From Flaccisagitta enflata (Eukaryota), in contig OZ231126.1 in the NCBI GenBank assembly GCA_965153355.1, positions 29,264,001 through 29,328,000 on the forward strand: DNA of 64,000 nt, given 5' to 3'. The notes beneath the pieces were generated by a model that did no database searches, had not been told where the DNA came from, and saw nothing but the letters and a program-made list of their open reading frames with translations. How positions within the stretch are numbered: position 1 is the stretch's first letter; every line of letters starts with the position of its first letter. Positions 62,021-64,000 of the stretch are shown here, piece after piece. The position numbers were made by a program, and so were the translations under genes.

Positions 62021-62274
62021 TTTCATAATCGATGATGACTCATGGAGGCTCAGCGCATGCAACGCAGTAAAAGCAGAGTTGTTATGACCTTATATTTTCT
62101 AACGCTTTATATTGAAATGTTACTACACTGGGGGTGTGCCTTCAAATTGATGTTATTGTCGCTCCCAAACGTTAGTTAGTCTCTTTGTAAAACTGGTTTG
62201 CCTATTTGAATATCAATTTTGTATCAAATATACAAATCAAAAACCAAAATAATTGTCGATTGAAAAAAAGAGTA

Positions 62275-62926
62275 CACTTTTGATTTTTTTATAAGCACCT
62301 CGTTTATAAGCACGCTTAGCCTCAAATATTGGTGAAATTTAAGCACATTGATATGCGTGCTCAAGGCTGAGATTTGCAATTTGGAAAAAAAAACTTTGGT
62401 AAGTTTTTTTTTAAAATGCAAATTTCTAGATATTCTTTTTTAGAACCTTAAAAATTAGTAGTTATTCTTTTAGTTAGAATTCAAAATCATCAAAGATATT
62501 TTCAATCTCATACTTTATTATTAGCTGACTAAGCCGAACCTTCAGAATGTTAAGGATTTTGATATTCATAGAAATATTCGAATTTCTAATGATGCTCTAC
62601 ATTATTGTATATGGATACTATTGTATACAGATGCTATTGTATATGGAAACTATTGTATACAGATACTATTATTTAAAAAATTCATCTCTGTAACAAAATC
62701 TAAAGAATTACTAAACGATTAACCAAATGTATTTTTATTGTATTCTATATTAAACGATATTATGTTCTATATTATGAAACATATTCAGTTCTATAATCTG
62801 TATCAAATACACTGAAGATCTATGATAAGCACACAGTTAAGCATATTTTAGCCTCAAAAATGGGATTTTGCAAAGCATGCTCAGCCTCAGCTGAAAAGGG
62901 AGCGTGCTTTTAAAAACAAAAAAGTG
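62275..62926. mobile_element. TA-flanked MITE
   Basis: TA|CACTTTTG..TATAAGCAC...GTGCTTTT..AAAAGTG|TA. Confidence 0.6.
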
Positions 62927-64000
62927 TATTTCATAAATAAACAAGGCCGGGTACACGGCTACCCTAGTTGCGTGTGGGTGGGCAGGAGCAGTGCTGGAGA
63001 AGGTCACTAGAACATTTGGGCAGGAGCTGTAAGCTGAAAAAGCTCAAAAACGCCAAAAAAGTAATAGTCGCAAAAGCGTTAGATGGTCAGCGGTACCTGT
63101 GCCATGCCCTTGTAGGTTGTGCTTGAAGTTGAAGGGGAAGCAGGGCAGCGGCCCCGAAGGGGTCGATGACCTATGCTTTCACACATATGGGGAATTTTCT
63201 CCTCCTCCTTCTCCGTCAGTCCGCCCCCCCCTCCCAGTCTCGAGGCCTAAATCCCAGTCTTGTGGCCCAAATCCTATCTGAAAGGCCCAAATCCTAGCCT
63301 CAAGGCCAAAATCCTAGCCTGGAGGCCCAAATCCCAGCCTTGAGGCCCAAATGTCATCCTTGAGGCTGGGATATGAACATTGAGGCTTAGCTTTGGGCCT
63401 CACGGCTGAGATTTGACTCTCAAGTCTGGGATTAGGGCCTCCAGGTTAGAATTAGGGCCTTGAGTAGAAAGACCCTCGCCTGAAGGTTCAAAGTAAAGAG
63501 AGTTTTTGGGCAGCGGCCAATGACCTATGCTTTCACACATGGGGAAATTTCTCCTCCTCCTTCTCCTTCTCCTCTTCCTCCTTCTTCTCCGTCCCTCCCC
63601 CTGGCTTCAAAGCTCAAATTGCAGCCTCAAGCTCAAATCACTGTCTCGAGCTTGAATCCCAGGCTCAGGGCTCAAATTCCAACCTCATGGCTTAAATCCC
63701 AGCTTCATCGCTCATGTTCCAATCTTTTGGCTCAAATCCCAGCCTTATGACTCAAATTACAGCCTAGTATAAGTCATCGGTTCCTTCAGGGCCTGCTGAC
63801 CTCTCATATCACCCCTCCTCCTTCTCCTTCCTAGTCTCGAGACCAAAATCAAAGCTTTGAGGCTCAAATCCCCGCTTTGAAGCTCATATTCCAGCCTTGA
63901 GGCTCAAATCTTGGTCTCCAGGCTAAAATCCCAGCCTCGAGGTTCAAATCCCAGCCCTTAAGCTCAAATCCCAGTCTCAAGGCACAAATCCCAGCCTTGA

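Overview
Eukaryotic (animal-like, probably invertebrate) genomic DNA with GT-AG introns and very dense microsatellites, MITEs and Helentron-type (HINE/DINE-1-like) elements. Nearly all long ORFs in the supplied track are microsatellite artefacts. I reconstructed four spliced genes by hand. (1) The last exon of an ankyrin-repeat protein (+, 687-1151). (2) The 5' exons of a DPP4/DPP6/DPP10-family type II membrane protein (-, 9541 to 4311), which runs off the left edge, so gene 1 probably lies antisense within its intron. (3) A ~650-aa protein (-, 26703 to 19703) with an N-terminal DZIP3-type HEPN domain (intact RxxxxH), an Asn/Val-rich RHIM/amyloid-like segment, a linker and a six-bladed Kelch propeller. 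(4) A 26-exon, ~1665-aa ABCC4/MRP4-like transporter (+, 34438-62020) with a polyQ insert and both ATPase sites degenerate. The best candidates for something new are the HEPN-amyloid-Kelch protein (possible sensor-gated RNase), the apparent pseudo-ATPase ABCC, and tandem arrays of decoy splice sites in the ABCC gene. All family assignments are by eye from motifs, with no database searches.
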